A DNA stretch of 42,419 nt from a virus (Duplodnaviria; Caudoviricetes), in IMG/VR virus record IMGVR_UViG_3300048855_000213, positions 1-42,419 of that record, one strand, 5' to 3'. The translations under genes were made by a program, and so were the position numbers. Shown here piece by piece: positions 25,723 to 34,152 of this stretch (position 1 is its first letter; every line of letters starts with the position of its first letter). The notes beneath the pieces were generated by a model. The model did no database searches, was not told the origin of the DNA, and worked only from the letters and a program-made list of their open reading frames with translations.

Positions 25723-25960
25723 CTTCTCCCTCCAGATGGACTTCCTGCCGGGCCTTGCCCCAACCGCGATCCAGAAGGGTGGAGGCTGCGGTGACGCGGG
25801 CGGCTGGCGCCTGCTCCGTGTCGTTCATGATCTCCGCCAGGGTCTTGATGGCGGCTTCCGTGTGCTCTCGGGCGGCAGCCTCCACGGAGCGGAGTGCCTT
25901 GGGGCGCCCGCTGGGATTGCCGCTCCTGCCCTTCTCAAACCGCTTGCCGACCGGCGGCAT
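25601..25960 (-). CDS. terS: Terminase small subunit (DUF5681-like N-terminus)
   Basis: FEKGRSGNPSGRPK, LLDRGWGK, LTDAQL motifs; directly upstream of terL. Confidence 0.8.
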   Translation of the reverse strand: MPPVGKRFEKGRSGNPSGRPKALRSVEAAAREHTEAAIKTLAEIMNDTEQAPAARVTAASTLLDRGWGKARQEVHLEGEVDVRSLTDAQLDEVVRAELAAFLGGGIEGTGPTPDRDQLN

Positions 25961-25972
25961 GTCTGACCTCAG

Positions 25973-26006
25973 AAACGAAAAACCCGCCAAGCTTTCGCCG
26001 GGCGGG
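25973..26006 (-). terminator. Intrinsic terminator (tR'-like) ahead of terS
   Basis: CCCGCCCGGC-GAAA-GCTTGGCGGG followed by TTTTTCGTTT. Confidence 0.75.
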
Positions 26007-26040
26007 CCAGAACTCCGGGCGCACTTCGCCCAGCGACATC

Positions 26041-26069
26041 ATTCTGGTTATGAATGATGAGGGTGTCAA
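26041..26069 (-). promoter_or_regulatory. Putative late promoter (pR'-like)
   Basis: TTGACA-17 nt-CAGAAT immediately after the stop of the putative late regulator. Confidence 0.65.
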
Positions 26070-26072
26070 GAT

Positions 26073-26561
26073 CTATCGAACGCCCCACCAATCCGCCAGA
26101 AACGCCAGCCCTTCCCGCACCATATGCGCGCGGCCAAGGGTGGATGGCTCCTCATAGACCACGGCCAGCCGCACCGCATCGGCATGGCGCTGGCTGCAAC
26201 GGCGCACCAGCTCGTCCATAGCGGCACAGTAGCCGTCCCATGCCTCCTGGGCTGCCTGCGGGTCGTCACAGCCGCCGCCGGCCCGTCCAGCGTCCCCGTA
26301 GGCCATGGGCAGCCCCCGCAGAGGCAGCGCGCCCCTCCAGAGCCCCTGGAGCTTCCTGGCCGCCGCCTGCTGCCTCCCACTCCAGCCCACCGCCTGACCG
26401 GGCTGCCGGTCCTCATACCGCCCGCTCGGCCGGGTGATGACGCGCGCGGTGTCGGTCTCGGCCACGGTGAGCAGGTAGCGGTCGCGGTCGGCGTCGGTGG
26501 TGATGTGGGCCCGGCTCTGCTGGACCGTGCCGACTGCGATGGTGATGCGCTGGTTGCTCAT
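26073..26561 (-). CDS. Putative late-gene regulator (Q position; DUF6456-like C-terminus)
   Basis: QQAAARKL..LW and VREGLAFLADWWG motifs; last gene before the promoter, terminator and terS. Confidence 0.55.
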   Translation of the reverse strand: MSNQRITIAVGTVQQSRAHITTDADRDRYLLTVAETDTARVITRPSGRYEDRQPGQAVGWSGRQQAAARKLQGLWRGALPLRGLPMAYGDAGRAGGGCDDPQAAQEAWDGYCAAMDELVRRCSQRHADAVRLAVVYEEPSTLGRAHMVREGLAFLADWWGVR

Positions 26562-26857
26562 GAGCGTTTCTCCACCCAGCCGACCCAAACATCTTTTGGA
26601 TTTCCTCCTGCGGCCTCGTATCCCTGGCAGTAGGATATAATGTTCGACACTCGAATATTCGCGCCGCACCGCAGGCATGGGCATTTATGATTGAGGCCGA
26701 GTTCCCGGATATTGTGTGGGAAAAGATGGCGCGAGCATTCCTTCGTGATGTTCTCGCGAACTTCCGCAGCGTTAGCTTTTTCCTGAGCAATTATGTCATC
26801 TCGCCTCGTTCGTTGCGGCTTGAGACGGGCTAGATCTGCAAATCCAAGGCGGCTCAT
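26558..26857 (-). CDS. Hypothetical Cys/His protein
   Basis: CSRH..CLRCG..YCQGYEAAGG; ATGA coupling; lower GC. Confidence 0.65.
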   Translation of the reverse strand: MSRLGFADLARLKPQRTRRDDIIAQEKANAAEVRENITKECSRHLFPHNIRELGLNHKCPCLRCGANIRVSNIISYCQGYEAAGGNPKDVWVGWVEKRS

Positions 26858-27072
26858 GGGTTCTCCCCCTCCTGTCCGTCCGCGGCTTTCTTCCGTAGCT
26901 TGCGGAGCCTGGATTGCGTGACGGTGCCGCCGTCGAAGGGGGCGTTGGCGGCGACCCAGGCGTCTCGGGCGTCGAGGGCGGCGGTGGCTAGATCTGGCCA
27001 ACTGCTGTCGCTGTGGGTCGCACGGGACAAAGACCGCGCCACAGCCTCTACAAGCTTGGGGTCATGGGTCAT
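26854..27072 (-). CDS. Hypothetical protein
   Basis: LVEAVARSL..LATAALDA pattern; coupled on both sides. Confidence 0.55.
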   Translation of the reverse strand: MTHDPKLVEAVARSLSRATHSDSSWPDLATAALDARDAWVAANAPFDGGTVTQSRLRKLRKKAADGQEGENP

Positions 27073-27347
27073 GGCTTGCATCCCATATGCTGGCCTTGGC
27101 CGTTCAGGCGGGGCGTAATGGCTCCGAGGGGAGCGGTCAGGTACTGGCACCCAGTCTCATGGTCGATGCGCAGGGAGAGACCACTGCGCCCCCTAGGCGG
27201 GTCCGTGACATCACGGTCGGGCTTTGGCATCAGCCACCACACGAAGGTGGCGGCTAAGGCCAGTCCGGTGAATTTGCCAAGGAAGCGGCCCAACGCCGGG
27301 AAAAACTCGTCTGCAAACTTGCCCATCACCGCCTTCTCCCCATCCAT
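27069..27347 (-). CDS. Small membrane-anchored phage protein
   Basis: TM segment plus RSGLSLRIDHETGCQYL. Confidence 0.65.
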   Translation of the reverse strand: MDGEKAVMGKFADEFFPALGRFLGKFTGLALAATFVWWLMPKPDRDVTDPPRGRSGLSLRIDHETGCQYLTAPLGAITPRLNGQGQHMGCKP

Positions 27348-27393
27348 TCGAGAACCCGCACCACGCCTTTGATCAGCCTCCAGAGGTCGCGCA

Positions 27394-27651
27394 TCAGGGG
27401 GTGTCCTTCTCGGCGCACAGGGCGATGAACTGCGGCTTGACCAGTTCCTTCAGCCGCTCCCAGACGCCTGGTGCCGCGAACTCATGGGTTAGGATCGGCT
27501 CTCCCAGGAGCTTCTCGGCGAGGATGTGAATGTCCACGAATGGCCCGCAGGATATGCCGGTGTAGAGGCCGATGATGGCGGCTTGCTCACGGGTGAGACG
27601 GCCCCTCCCCACCTCCCCCGTGCTCGTGCTCTGGTTGGCGCGGTCAGTCAT
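27394..27651 (-). CDS. Hypothetical phage protein
   Basis: LTREQAAIIGLYTG..AEKLLGEPILTHE; ATGA coupling. Confidence 0.6.
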   Translation of the reverse strand: MTDRANQSTSTGEVGRGRLTREQAAIIGLYTGISCGPFVDIHILAEKLLGEPILTHEFAAPGVWERLKELVKPQFIALCAEKDTP

Positions 27652-27833
27652 TTGCGGTTCGCCTTCCGTGCCTTGCGTTGGGCCTTCTGTGCGGCCTTCT
27701 TTCGGTTGATGCGCTTTTTCTTCGGCATGGGGAGGTAGCCAATTGGCTCGTAGTATTCCTCTCGGCGCAGTGGCGAGATGCCGCACATCGACGCCGCCAG
27801 CGCGTACATGGTCAGAGGTCCAACCCGCATCAC
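27648..27833 (-). CDS. Small basic hypothetical protein
   Basis: KKAAQKAQRKARKANRK tail; coupled. Confidence 0.5.
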   Translation of the reverse strand: MMRVGPLTMYALAASMCGISPLRREEYYEPIGYLPMPKKKRINRKKAAQKAQRKARKANRK

Positions 27834-28216
27834 TCCGCCCCTCCCCGGATCGCGGCGAGGGCAGAGCGGGCCCAATAAGCCGCGTCAGTGTCGGTTGTGT
27901 TTCGAGCGATGAGGTCCAGCGCCTCCACAGCCACCTCCAGCTTCCCCTTCGGCTCGGGTGCGGCATCCGGAACGATCCGGCAGGACCGACGCAGGGCGCC
28001 CCGCATGATCTTCTGCTCCTCCCGTGTGAGCGAAAACTGCTCCACAGGCTCCTTCGCCTCGCTGAGCAGGCCGCAAGCCTCGGCGGCGCGGAAGAGGCGT
28101 TCCCACACGGTGGACGCTGCCCTGCGGTTCTCCCAAGGCCCTACCGTGCCTGCCCGTGCAGCCTCCAGCGCCTCCCGCAGCGGAGCCAGGGCGGGCGTGG
28201 GGTTCTGCGGGGTCAT
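27830..28216 (-). CDS. Hypothetical protein
   Basis: ATGA coupling; ends ARSALAAIRGGAE. Confidence 0.55.
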   Translation of the reverse strand: MTPQNPTPALAPLREALEAARAGTVGPWENRRAASTVWERLFRAAEACGLLSEAKEPVEQFSLTREEQKIMRGALRRSCRIVPDAAPEPKGKLEVAVEALDLIARNTTDTDAAYWARSALAAIRGGAE

Positions 28217-28407
28217 GCGCACTTCTCCTCCGGCAGATCGAAGCAATGAGGATCGGCGCCGACCTCATATCCGTGCAGCCACTCGGACCATTCCTCGGAC
28301 AGAGCGTCGAAGGGGCAGTCAGATCGCCGCTTGCCAGCCTCGAATGCGTAGAGGCCCTGGATGATGACCGGCACTCCATTCGGCCAGTCAGGATGCTCGC
28401 TGCTCAC
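28213..28407 (-). CDS. Rmf/CrpP-fold-like small protein
   Basis: QGLYAFEAG....CPF.....W.EWLHGY pattern. Confidence 0.55.
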   Translation of the reverse strand: MSSEHPDWPNGVPVIIQGLYAFEAGKRRSDCPFDALSEEWSEWLHGYEVGADPHCFDLPEEKCA

Positions 28408-28601
28408 TTGCTCTGCTCCTGGGCGGTGAGGATGGCGCGGACTTCGCGGGCCAATTCAGTGAACCTCATGTGGTGCCCGCTATCGTGCAGGAGGCCCAAC
28501 TCAATGAGTTCCGGCCACTCGCGGCAATGCGCCGTCCTAGTCCTCACTGCGTCAGCCTGCGCCGGGCTCAGCCGGCGCGCGATCTCGGTGGGGGTCATCA
28601 C
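28404..28601 (-). CDS. Hypothetical protein (possible winged helix)
   Basis: LSPAQ..LIELGLL..FTELAREVR; coupled. Confidence 0.5.
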   Translation of the reverse strand: MMTPTEIARRLSPAQADAVRTRTAHCREWPELIELGLLHDSGHHMRFTELAREVRAILTAQEQSK

Positions 28602-28912
28602 TTCGACTTCCCCATCAGAAGCACATCAGGGTGGATCGCGAAGCCTGGCCCGCCCATGCCTGAGAGCGTCTTACCGGTTACAACGCACCGCATCAGCGCC
28701 GCCGACGCGATGCCGCCATATCCAGGCTCACCGGGGCGGAGTTCCCAGCCTGGAGACAGGTGGTAGTAATCAGGCGCGCGGCTCGGCTTTTCAGGCTCAG
28801 GAGAGAAGGCCAAGTCGATATGCCGGGCGCCTTGGCGCAGAGCCAGTCGGCGCTTCGGGTCTTTCTCGGTGCGTGCCATTTCCAGCAGCAATTCGGCCGA
28901 CTGATGCATCAC
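28598..28912 (-). CDS. Hypothetical protein
   Basis: GTGA coupling on both sides. Confidence 0.5.
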   Translation of the reverse strand: MMHQSAELLLEMARTEKDPKRRLALRQGARHIDLAFSPEPEKPSRAPDYYHLSPGWELRPGEPGYGGIASAALMRCVVTGKTLSGMGGPGFAIHPDVLLMGKSK

Positions 28913-29106
28913 TTCCCCTCCCCCAGCTCGCCGCTGTTCTGTGCGGAGGGGGGTGTGGGGAGGGTGTCGAAGGCCGCTTCGCCCGTCCCATCGCAATCGG
29001 GGCAGATGATGACGGCTTCATCGCCCGCGTCGCCTTTGTGAGGCTTCAGGTACCGGTCCCAGTCAGTGACGATCTCGCCGGTGCCTTGGCATGTGCTGCA
29101 CATCAC
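28909..29106 (-). CDS. Small CxxCxGxG zinc-finger protein
   Basis: CSTCQGTG and CPDCDGTG. Confidence 0.7.
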   Translation of the reverse strand: MMCSTCQGTGEIVTDWDRYLKPHKGDAGDEAVIICPDCDGTGEAAFDTLPTPPSAQNSGELGEGK

Positions 29107-29393
29107 CCAACCCTCCGTTCACTGGCGGCGGCCAGCATTGCCCTGAGAGCGTCCGATGCCCCTTGACCCTCCACGGGCTGCCGGGGCGCCTCAGACCGGC
29201 CTGTGCGCCAAACGTCGGGCCTTCTAGGCGCATTCCTGATGGCCTGGGCTGCGTCCACTTCCTTGCCGCGGACGTAGAAGAGCCCGCAGAAGTCGCTTTC
29301 GACGCGCACGGTGCCATCGGCGCAGGGTGTGAGGATCGCGCCGAGGTCGATCAGCCGGGCGAGGCGAAGCTGGGAGGGGAAGGGATCGGTCAT
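29103..29393 (-). CDS. Hypothetical protein
   Basis: ATGA coupling. Confidence 0.5.
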   Translation of the reverse strand: MTDPFPSQLRLARLIDLGAILTPCADGTVRVESDFCGLFYVRGKEVDAAQAIRNAPRRPDVWRTGRSEAPRQPVEGQGASDALRAMLAAASERRVG

Positions 29394-29560
29394 TCGCCGG
29401 CGTCCTCGAAACGCAGATCCAGGCAAGCCTTGGCTTCGCTTGGGGCGTGGCGCATGACCAGATCGCGGAAAGCGGTGGTGACGCCGTTCCTGGCTTTCGC
29501 AGCCTCGATGCGCCTGATCCACTCCCGCAGCGCGCGGTGGTCGTCGCTGTCGCGGGTCAT
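29390..29560 (-). CDS. 56-aa hypothetical protein
   Basis: Fills the gap with ATGA overlaps at both ends (below the ORF-track cut-off). Confidence 0.5.
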   Translation of the reverse strand: MTRDSDDHRALREWIRRIEAAKARNGVTTAFRDLVMRHAPSEAKACLDLRFEDAGE

Positions 29561-30249
29561 TCTGCGGCCATCCCCATCAGATCCTGCGGGCGCTGCGGCA
29601 GCCGGCGCGGCGGGCGAACCTCCAGCGTGGTGTCGGCCCCTTCGGCTTCGGCCTTGGCGATGCGCTTATCCAGCGCGGCGACGAGCCAGGGGCGCGGGAT
29701 GCTGTCGGCCTGGGTGACCTGCGCCCGGGTCTCCATTAGCCGCACCCAGCGCGAGGACGGATGCGGGTGGGCCAGGATCTGCGCCATGCGCTCGCGCCAC
29801 CATGCCCGGTCGTTGGCTTCCTCGTCGTCCAGCCACTGCGGCGCCAGGCCCTGCACCACGTCGCGATGCTCGCGGAGGACGTGCGCCCAAACTTCCGGGG
29901 CACCGTGCGCCCGGACCATGCCGAGGTACTGAAGCGTGCAGGTGCCGGAGGCGACACGGTTGTCGAACAGGCGCTTCCAGATGCCGATGGCCTTGCCCTC
30001 GCCGGATGCGGGCTCAGGGGCGCGCATGCTGGCGGGCAGGTTCTCCATGCAGGCGTCGAGGTCATCACGGCTGGGGAAGCCGGAGAGCATGCGGGCCACG
30101 GCATCCGCAGTCTGCTCGGTCAGCAGGCTCGCGGAGTAGCGGCGGGTCAGGTGGGTCACCAGCGGCGGCAGGAGGCGGTCAGGGATCACCTCCCCGTCCT
30201 GCTCCGTCAGCCGGTTGGCGACGCGCGCCATCCAGTCCTTGGGGGTCAT
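29557..30249 (-). CDS. Hypothetical protein at the helicase-loader (lambda P) position
   Basis: Directly after the initiator; FPSRDDL motif. Confidence 0.5.
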   Translation of the reverse strand: MTPKDWMARVANRLTEQDGEVIPDRLLPPLVTHLTRRYSASLLTEQTADAVARMLSGFPSRDDLDACMENLPASMRAPEPASGEGKAIGIWKRLFDNRVASGTCTLQYLGMVRAHGAPEVWAHVLREHRDVVQGLAPQWLDDEEANDRAWWRERMAQILAHPHPSSRWVRLMETRAQVTQADSIPRPWLVAALDKRIAKAEAEGADTTLEVRPPRRLPQRPQDLMGMAAE

Positions 30250-31055
30250 CAGTGCTGCCTCTCGGAGGGGCCGGACAGATCATCCAGCCAGCGTTTCTGG
30301 TTCAGCCATGTCGCGGGATGCGGCACGAAGCGGCCGTCCTCGCGAGTGTCGAAGAGGTGGAGGGCGGCCTTGAGAGACCAGACGATCTCGTTGGGATTGC
30401 CGCCGGCTTCCTTGAGTGCCTTGGGCCATGCGCGCTCGGCGGCGCCCTTGGCTGTCTTCCGGGGGTAGAGGGACCAGAAGTCTTCGAACCCCTGCATGTC
30501 GGACCCATCCCCCCGCTTGCGGGGGGTAGGGGGGTTCTTCTCTTCTTTAATCTCCCTCTCCCTCTCCCTTAACTCTCCCTTGGAGCCTGTTACAGAGTTT
30601 GGATCGCTCTGTGACAGAGACTGATCTCCCTCTGTCACAGGAGCATTCTTGTTCTTCAACAGCTTGGCGGCGCGCGCTGCGGCAGTACGCTCGCGTTGCG
30701 CCAGCTTCTTCTGCCACGAAGAAACGGCCTTCTCTGCGACGACGCTGTGGTACAGGCGGCCATCGCTGCACTTCACGAAGCCGGCCAGCGCACCATCCGC
30801 GCGCAGGCGCTTCCAACCGTTGATGTCGCGTCCGTAGCCAAGGAGGCGGCACAGGGTCACATCGTCATCAGGCAGGGATGCGGCCGGCAGTTGATGCCAG
30901 GACACGCACCAGGCCAGCACAGCGGCGCGAAACACCTCTGCGTCTGGCACAGCGGCCATGCCGCTATCCCGCAGCCGAAGAACCTCCAGGGGCATGAAGG
31001 CGAAGTCCCGAAGGTCGCAGTCAGCCGGGGTCAATGGCTCGGGCAGCTCGGTCAT
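30249..31055 (-). CDS. Replication initiator (DUF1376/YdaU-like)
   Basis: PLTPADCDLRDFAFMPL, ASLPDDD, DGRLYH, FEDFWSLYPRK and PHPATWLNQKRW motifs. Confidence 0.85.
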   Translation of the reverse strand: MTELPEPLTPADCDLRDFAFMPLEVLRLRDSGMAAVPDAEVFRAAVLAWCVSWHQLPAASLPDDDVTLCRLLGYGRDINGWKRLRADGALAGFVKCSDGRLYHSVVAEKAVSSWQKKLAQRERTAAARAAKLLKNKNAPVTEGDQSLSQSDPNSVTGSKGELREREREIKEEKNPPTPRKRGDGSDMQGFEDFWSLYPRKTAKGAAERAWPKALKEAGGNPNEIVWSLKAALHLFDTREDGRFVPHPATWLNQKRWLDDLSGPSERQH

Positions 31056-31417
31056 ACCGCCCAGATCTCCACCAGAAGGTGGCCCGGCTCGCGTGCAGGA
31101 TCACGGACGATGTGGATAGCCTGCGCTTGGCTGTCGTCCTTGATGACGCCGGCCTCCTGCAACAGGTCGCTGATCGGCTTCTCGTTGTTCCCGAGGTCGC
31201 GGCGCTGCTTCGGCACCGTGATGCGCATGGAGTAGGCGCCGGCGAACTGGTCGCACGGGGTCTGGTTCGCGACGCTGATGCCGGCCCTGAACAGCCAGTC
31301 CCGGTACTCCTTGGACTTCAGCGTGCGCGGCTTCCCGCCCATGACCACATTCCGCCAGATGCGGTTGGTGGAAGGGGGCTCCGGAAGCAGGAGAGTGATG
31401 TCGGCAGGGACGGTCAT
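31052..31417 (-). CDS. rusA: RusA-like Holliday junction resolvase
   Basis: PPSTNRIWR and RDLGNNEKPISDLL..GVIKDDSQ. Confidence 0.85.
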   Translation of the reverse strand: MTVPADITLLLPEPPSTNRIWRNVVMGGKPRTLKSKEYRDWLFRAGISVANQTPCDQFAGAYSMRITVPKQRRDLGNNEKPISDLLQEAGVIKDDSQAQAIHIVRDPAREPGHLLVEIWAV

Positions 31418-31608
31418 TGCCCCGCCTTCCGCCGATGCAGCGCGTTATGGGCGGCTACGAGGCAGTCGCGGTTGTCCTTGAGATCCTGCTGGATGTCTCC
31501 CGGCACGGACCAGAACCACAGACGCCAGAGACGCGGCGGCCACCAGCTTGGAGCCCACTCGGTCGTGAGACCGAAGGTCCGCAGGGTTTCTTTGATGCGC
31601 GCCGTCAT
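31414..31608 (-). CDS. Hypothetical Trp-rich protein
   Basis: ATGA coupling on both sides. Confidence 0.5.
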   Translation of the reverse strand: MTARIKETLRTFGLTTEWAPSWWPPRLWRLWFWSVPGDIQQDLKDNRDCLVAAHNALHRRKAGQ

Positions 31609-31892
31609 TCCGTACTCACGTCGACCATTCGAATGATCTCCTCGCGAAGCTCTTTGCATTCGCGCATGAGGGTCAGGAGGGTGGCGCTGTTGGGCGGGCA
31701 TTCCCCGCTCATCCAGTTTCGCGCAGCCCGAGGGGTAGCGTCGGCCATCTTGGCCAAGCGCTTGTCCGCGCAGCGCAGATCACCGAACTTCCGGCGCAGA
31801 ACCCGGGCGACGGTTTCGCCAAGCTGCTCGGTGGTGATCGTCGCGCTCATCGCGGCAAAACTTTTCCGGTTAGGATTGGACCTGTGATGCAC
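31605..31892 (-). CDS. HTH protein at the CII position
   Basis: KRLAKMADATPRAARNWMSGECPP. Confidence 0.7.
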   Translation of the reverse strand: MHHRSNPNRKSFAAMSATITTEQLGETVARVLRRKFGDLRCADKRLAKMADATPRAARNWMSGECPPNSATLLTLMRECKELREEIIRMVDVSTE

Positions 31893-32040
31893 TGCGGGAC
31901 CCGTTCATGTTGGTGGACATGAACGGACGTGCTTTTGAGGATCGGATCGGATTTAACGGGCTGGGGCTGGCACCCCGGCCCTTTCTCTGTCTGGTCCAGA
32001 CGGCAAAGCGCCTGGCATGAGGAGCAATCGTTGCCACACA

Positions 32041-32124
32041 TCAGTCGTGGCTCTCCTCGTCGTCACGCCGACGACCCAGCCAGACAGCCAGAGCGCCAAA
32101 CGCGAGAAGGGCGAAGCGCATCAT
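32041..32124 (-). CDS. 27-aa hydrophobic peptide MMRFALLAFGALAVWLGRRRDDEESHD
   Basis: ATGA-coupled to the HNH stop; GAGG upstream. Confidence 0.35.
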   Translation of the reverse strand: MMRFALLAFGALAVWLGRRRDDEESHD

Positions 32125-32621
32125 GCCGCCACCTCGCGGCTGGGAAAGTTCAGGCTGGCGAATTCGCCATGAAGCTTAATCGCAGCCTCATCGCGGACCC
32201 TCGCGGCCTCCTCAGCGGTGAGGAAAGTTCCCAGATGGATAATCTTGCCGCCGCAATTGATCTTGGCGGAAAACCTATTCGGGCTGGATTTCCAGACACC
32301 TCGGAAGCCGGATCTGCTGTTCGAATTAATCCGGCGGTTGCAGGAATTCTGCTGCGCCGTCGCGAGGCGCAGATTGCACCGCCGATTGTCCAGACCATCG
32401 CCGTTTATGTGGTCCACCAACACGCCCTTAGGGGCATCCATGACGAACCGGTGCATCTGGATGAAGTAAACCAGTTCGCCGCGCTCGAAGACGCGGTGAA
32501 AAGCATATGTGGTGTTGGGGGTCTTGGCTTGCCCCCAGGTCATAGCGAGGACGCGCTCCGCATCCTCCTCACTCACGAGCGCCACGAGGCCGCCGCGCAG
32601 GGGAACCTGCACCGGGCTCAC
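32121..32621 (-). CDS. HNH endonuclease with AP2 domain
   Basis: MHRFVM, VDHINGDGLDNRRCNLR, SGFRGV and HLGTFLTAEEAAR motifs. Confidence 0.92.
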   Translation of the reverse strand: MSPVQVPLRGGLVALVSEEDAERVLAMTWGQAKTPNTTYAFHRVFERGELVYFIQMHRFVMDAPKGVLVDHINGDGLDNRRCNLRLATAQQNSCNRRINSNSRSGFRGVWKSSPNRFSAKINCGGKIIHLGTFLTAEEAARVRDEAAIKLHGEFASLNFPSREVAA

Positions 32622-32821
32622 GCTGCGGCCTCGCGGCGCGGCACGAAATCTGAGGCGGTCACAGCTCCGGCGGTGGCCGTCTCAATGGCGTGGAGGTGCT
32701 CAATCCGCGGAAACTTCCGCTTGGCCCTCCAATGGTAGACGGTGACCAGATGCACACCAACCTTAGCCGCGAGGGCCTCGGGGGTCGTTCCAGTCTCCTG
32801 CATCCAGCTAGCGAGTTCCAT
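32618..32821 (-). CDS. cro: Cro-like repressor
   Basis: Short HTH ALAAKVGVHLVTVYHW..IETATAGAVTASDF; divergent from cI. Confidence 0.85.
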   Translation of the reverse strand: MELASWMQETGTTPEALAAKVGVHLVTVYHWRAKRKFPRIEHLHAIETATAGAVTASDFVPRREAAA

Positions 32822-32827
32822 GGCGGC

Positions 32828-32908
32828 AGTTTGCCTAATAGGCACATTGCCTGTCAAGCAAACTTTGCCCATCAGTCAATGGAAGGCAGTCCGCCTCAGC
32901 GCGACAAT
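32828..32908. promoter_or_regulatory. OR region: three 15-bp operators plus divergent pR and pRM-like promoters
   Basis: TTGCCTAATAGGCAC (32831), TTGCCTGTCAAGCAA (32847), TTGCCCATCAGTCAA (32865); minus strand TTGACA-18-CAAACT; plus strand GACAAT at 32903. Confidence 0.75.
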
Positions 32909-32914
32909 GTGCCT

Positions 32915-33259
32915 ATGCAAGACAAGTCACCACCCCCTTATGCGCCGCAGCCGACGATTAAACGCTGGCGCGAATTTAGGGGTTTGACATTAGAACAAGT
33001 GGGGAACAAACTAGGCATCGGAGGCCAAGCCGTCCATAAATGGGAAGCCGGGAAGACACCCTTGACGGTCGAAAAGCTCCGCTTGCTCGCTGAATTATAT
33101 GGGACAACGCCCGACGCTCTGCTGCACAACCCCGATGAGGCCGATTTGGTCGAACGAATGAAGCGAGCCTATGAGTTGTTGAGGCGCATGCCGGGCGGTA
33201 GCGCTGAGAAGTGGCTTGGGCTGGGGGAAGACCTCTCTCCACCGCCAGATAAAAAATAG
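32915..33259 (+). CDS. cI: CI-like XRE repressor lacking an S24 autopeptidase domain
   Basis: IKRWREFRGLTLEQVG...VHKWEAGKT HTH; 114 aa; flanked by operators. Confidence 0.85.
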   Translation: MQDKSPPPYAPQPTIKRWREFRGLTLEQVGNKLGIGGQAVHKWEAGKTPLTVEKLRLLAELYGTTPDALLHNPDEADLVERMKRAYELLRRMPGGSAEKWLGLGEDLSPPPDKK

Positions 33260-33308
33260 CCTAATGGGCAAAATCTAATTGACGACTACCTAGCCCATTA
33301 GGCAAAGT
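33257..33308 (+). promoter_or_regulatory. OL region: two operators and a pL-like promoter
   Basis: TAGCCTAATGGGCAA (33257) and TAGCCCATTAGGCAA (33291); TTGACG-18-CAAAGT. Confidence 0.75.
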
Positions 33309-33346
33309 ACCTCCAGCAGCATCCCGCTGCCCCGGAGGTACACCGA

Positions 33347-33709
33347 GTGACCACCACCGAGATTTCCGCCGCGGTTGAGCGTGAGGCTCCTGCGACACAT
33401 ACGCCCGGCCCCTGGAACGTCGGCGTCCAGCACCTTTCGCTGTTCATCGTCGCGGGTCGGGCCCCGTCTTCTGTCGATGTTGAGGCGTGGCACGATGCTC
33501 CGCGTGTTGCTGTTGCCAAGGTCATGCGGCCGTCGTCAGAAGACGCGCTTCCAATCCACGAAGAAGCGAATGCACGCCTTCTGGCCGCTGCGCCGGAGAT
33601 GTACCAAGCGCTTTTGGCGATGGTCATCCTGGCCAAGTCTGGCGCTGAGCCGGTCAGCGTTTTGGCTCAGGCCGAAGCCGCCATCGCCAAGGCGGAGGGC
33701 CGTTCCTGA
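33347..33709 (+). CDS. Phage early protein (HTPGPW...ANARLLAAAPEM family)
   Basis: Recognisable motifs; GGAGG RBS with GTG start. Confidence 0.8.
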   Translation: MTTTEISAAVEREAPATHTPGPWNVGVQHLSLFIVAGRAPSSVDVEAWHDAPRVAVAKVMRPSSEDALPIHEEANARLLAAAPEMYQALLAMVILAKSGAEPVSVLAQAEAAIAKAEGRS

Positions 33710-34152
33710 TGAACGCCCTCACCTACATCCCGGTCGAGCGCCCACCCGCTCCCGTGGCGATGCGCTTCCCCGCTCCTCGCACTCCGCTGGACGCCAAGCT
33801 GCGCAAGACGGCGCTGCGGGCGTTCTACCGGATGTGGTTCCGCGAGATGGCGGCGTTCAATGACGAAGCCGCGTTCACCGACCGCACCGCCGAGATGGCC
33901 CTGAAGCTCGAGATCGCGCGGTGTGAAAAGCTCGCCGCCAGTGAGCTGCGGGACAGCAAGCGCATCGAGAACATCCGCCGCCGCCACTGGTGTCTGCTCT
34001 GGAACGAGCAGTACCGCCTGCGGGCCGATGCCTGGCGGAACCTGCTGAACGGCGACCTCATCATGTGGCGGCTGTGCTTCCAGGAAATCCGCCGCGTGCG
34101 TCAGGACATCGCCGCCGAGCAGGCGCGCGTGTTCCCGGAGATGGTGTCTTGA
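33709..34152 (+). CDS. Hypothetical protein
   Basis: TGATG coupling; GC-rich codon bias. Confidence 0.65.
   Translation: MNALTYIPVERPPAPVAMRFPAPRTPLDAKLRKTALRAFYRMWFREMAAFNDEAAFTDRTAEMALKLEIARCEKLAASELRDSKRIENIRRRHWCLLWNEQYRLRADAWRNLLNGDLIMWRLCFQEIRRVRQDIAAEQARVFPEMVS

Noticed and set aside
31847-32041. 64-aa Cys-rich ORF between the HNH and CII-like genes
   Set aside because: It has a plausible RBS but no recognisable features and overlaps the next start; too weak to call.
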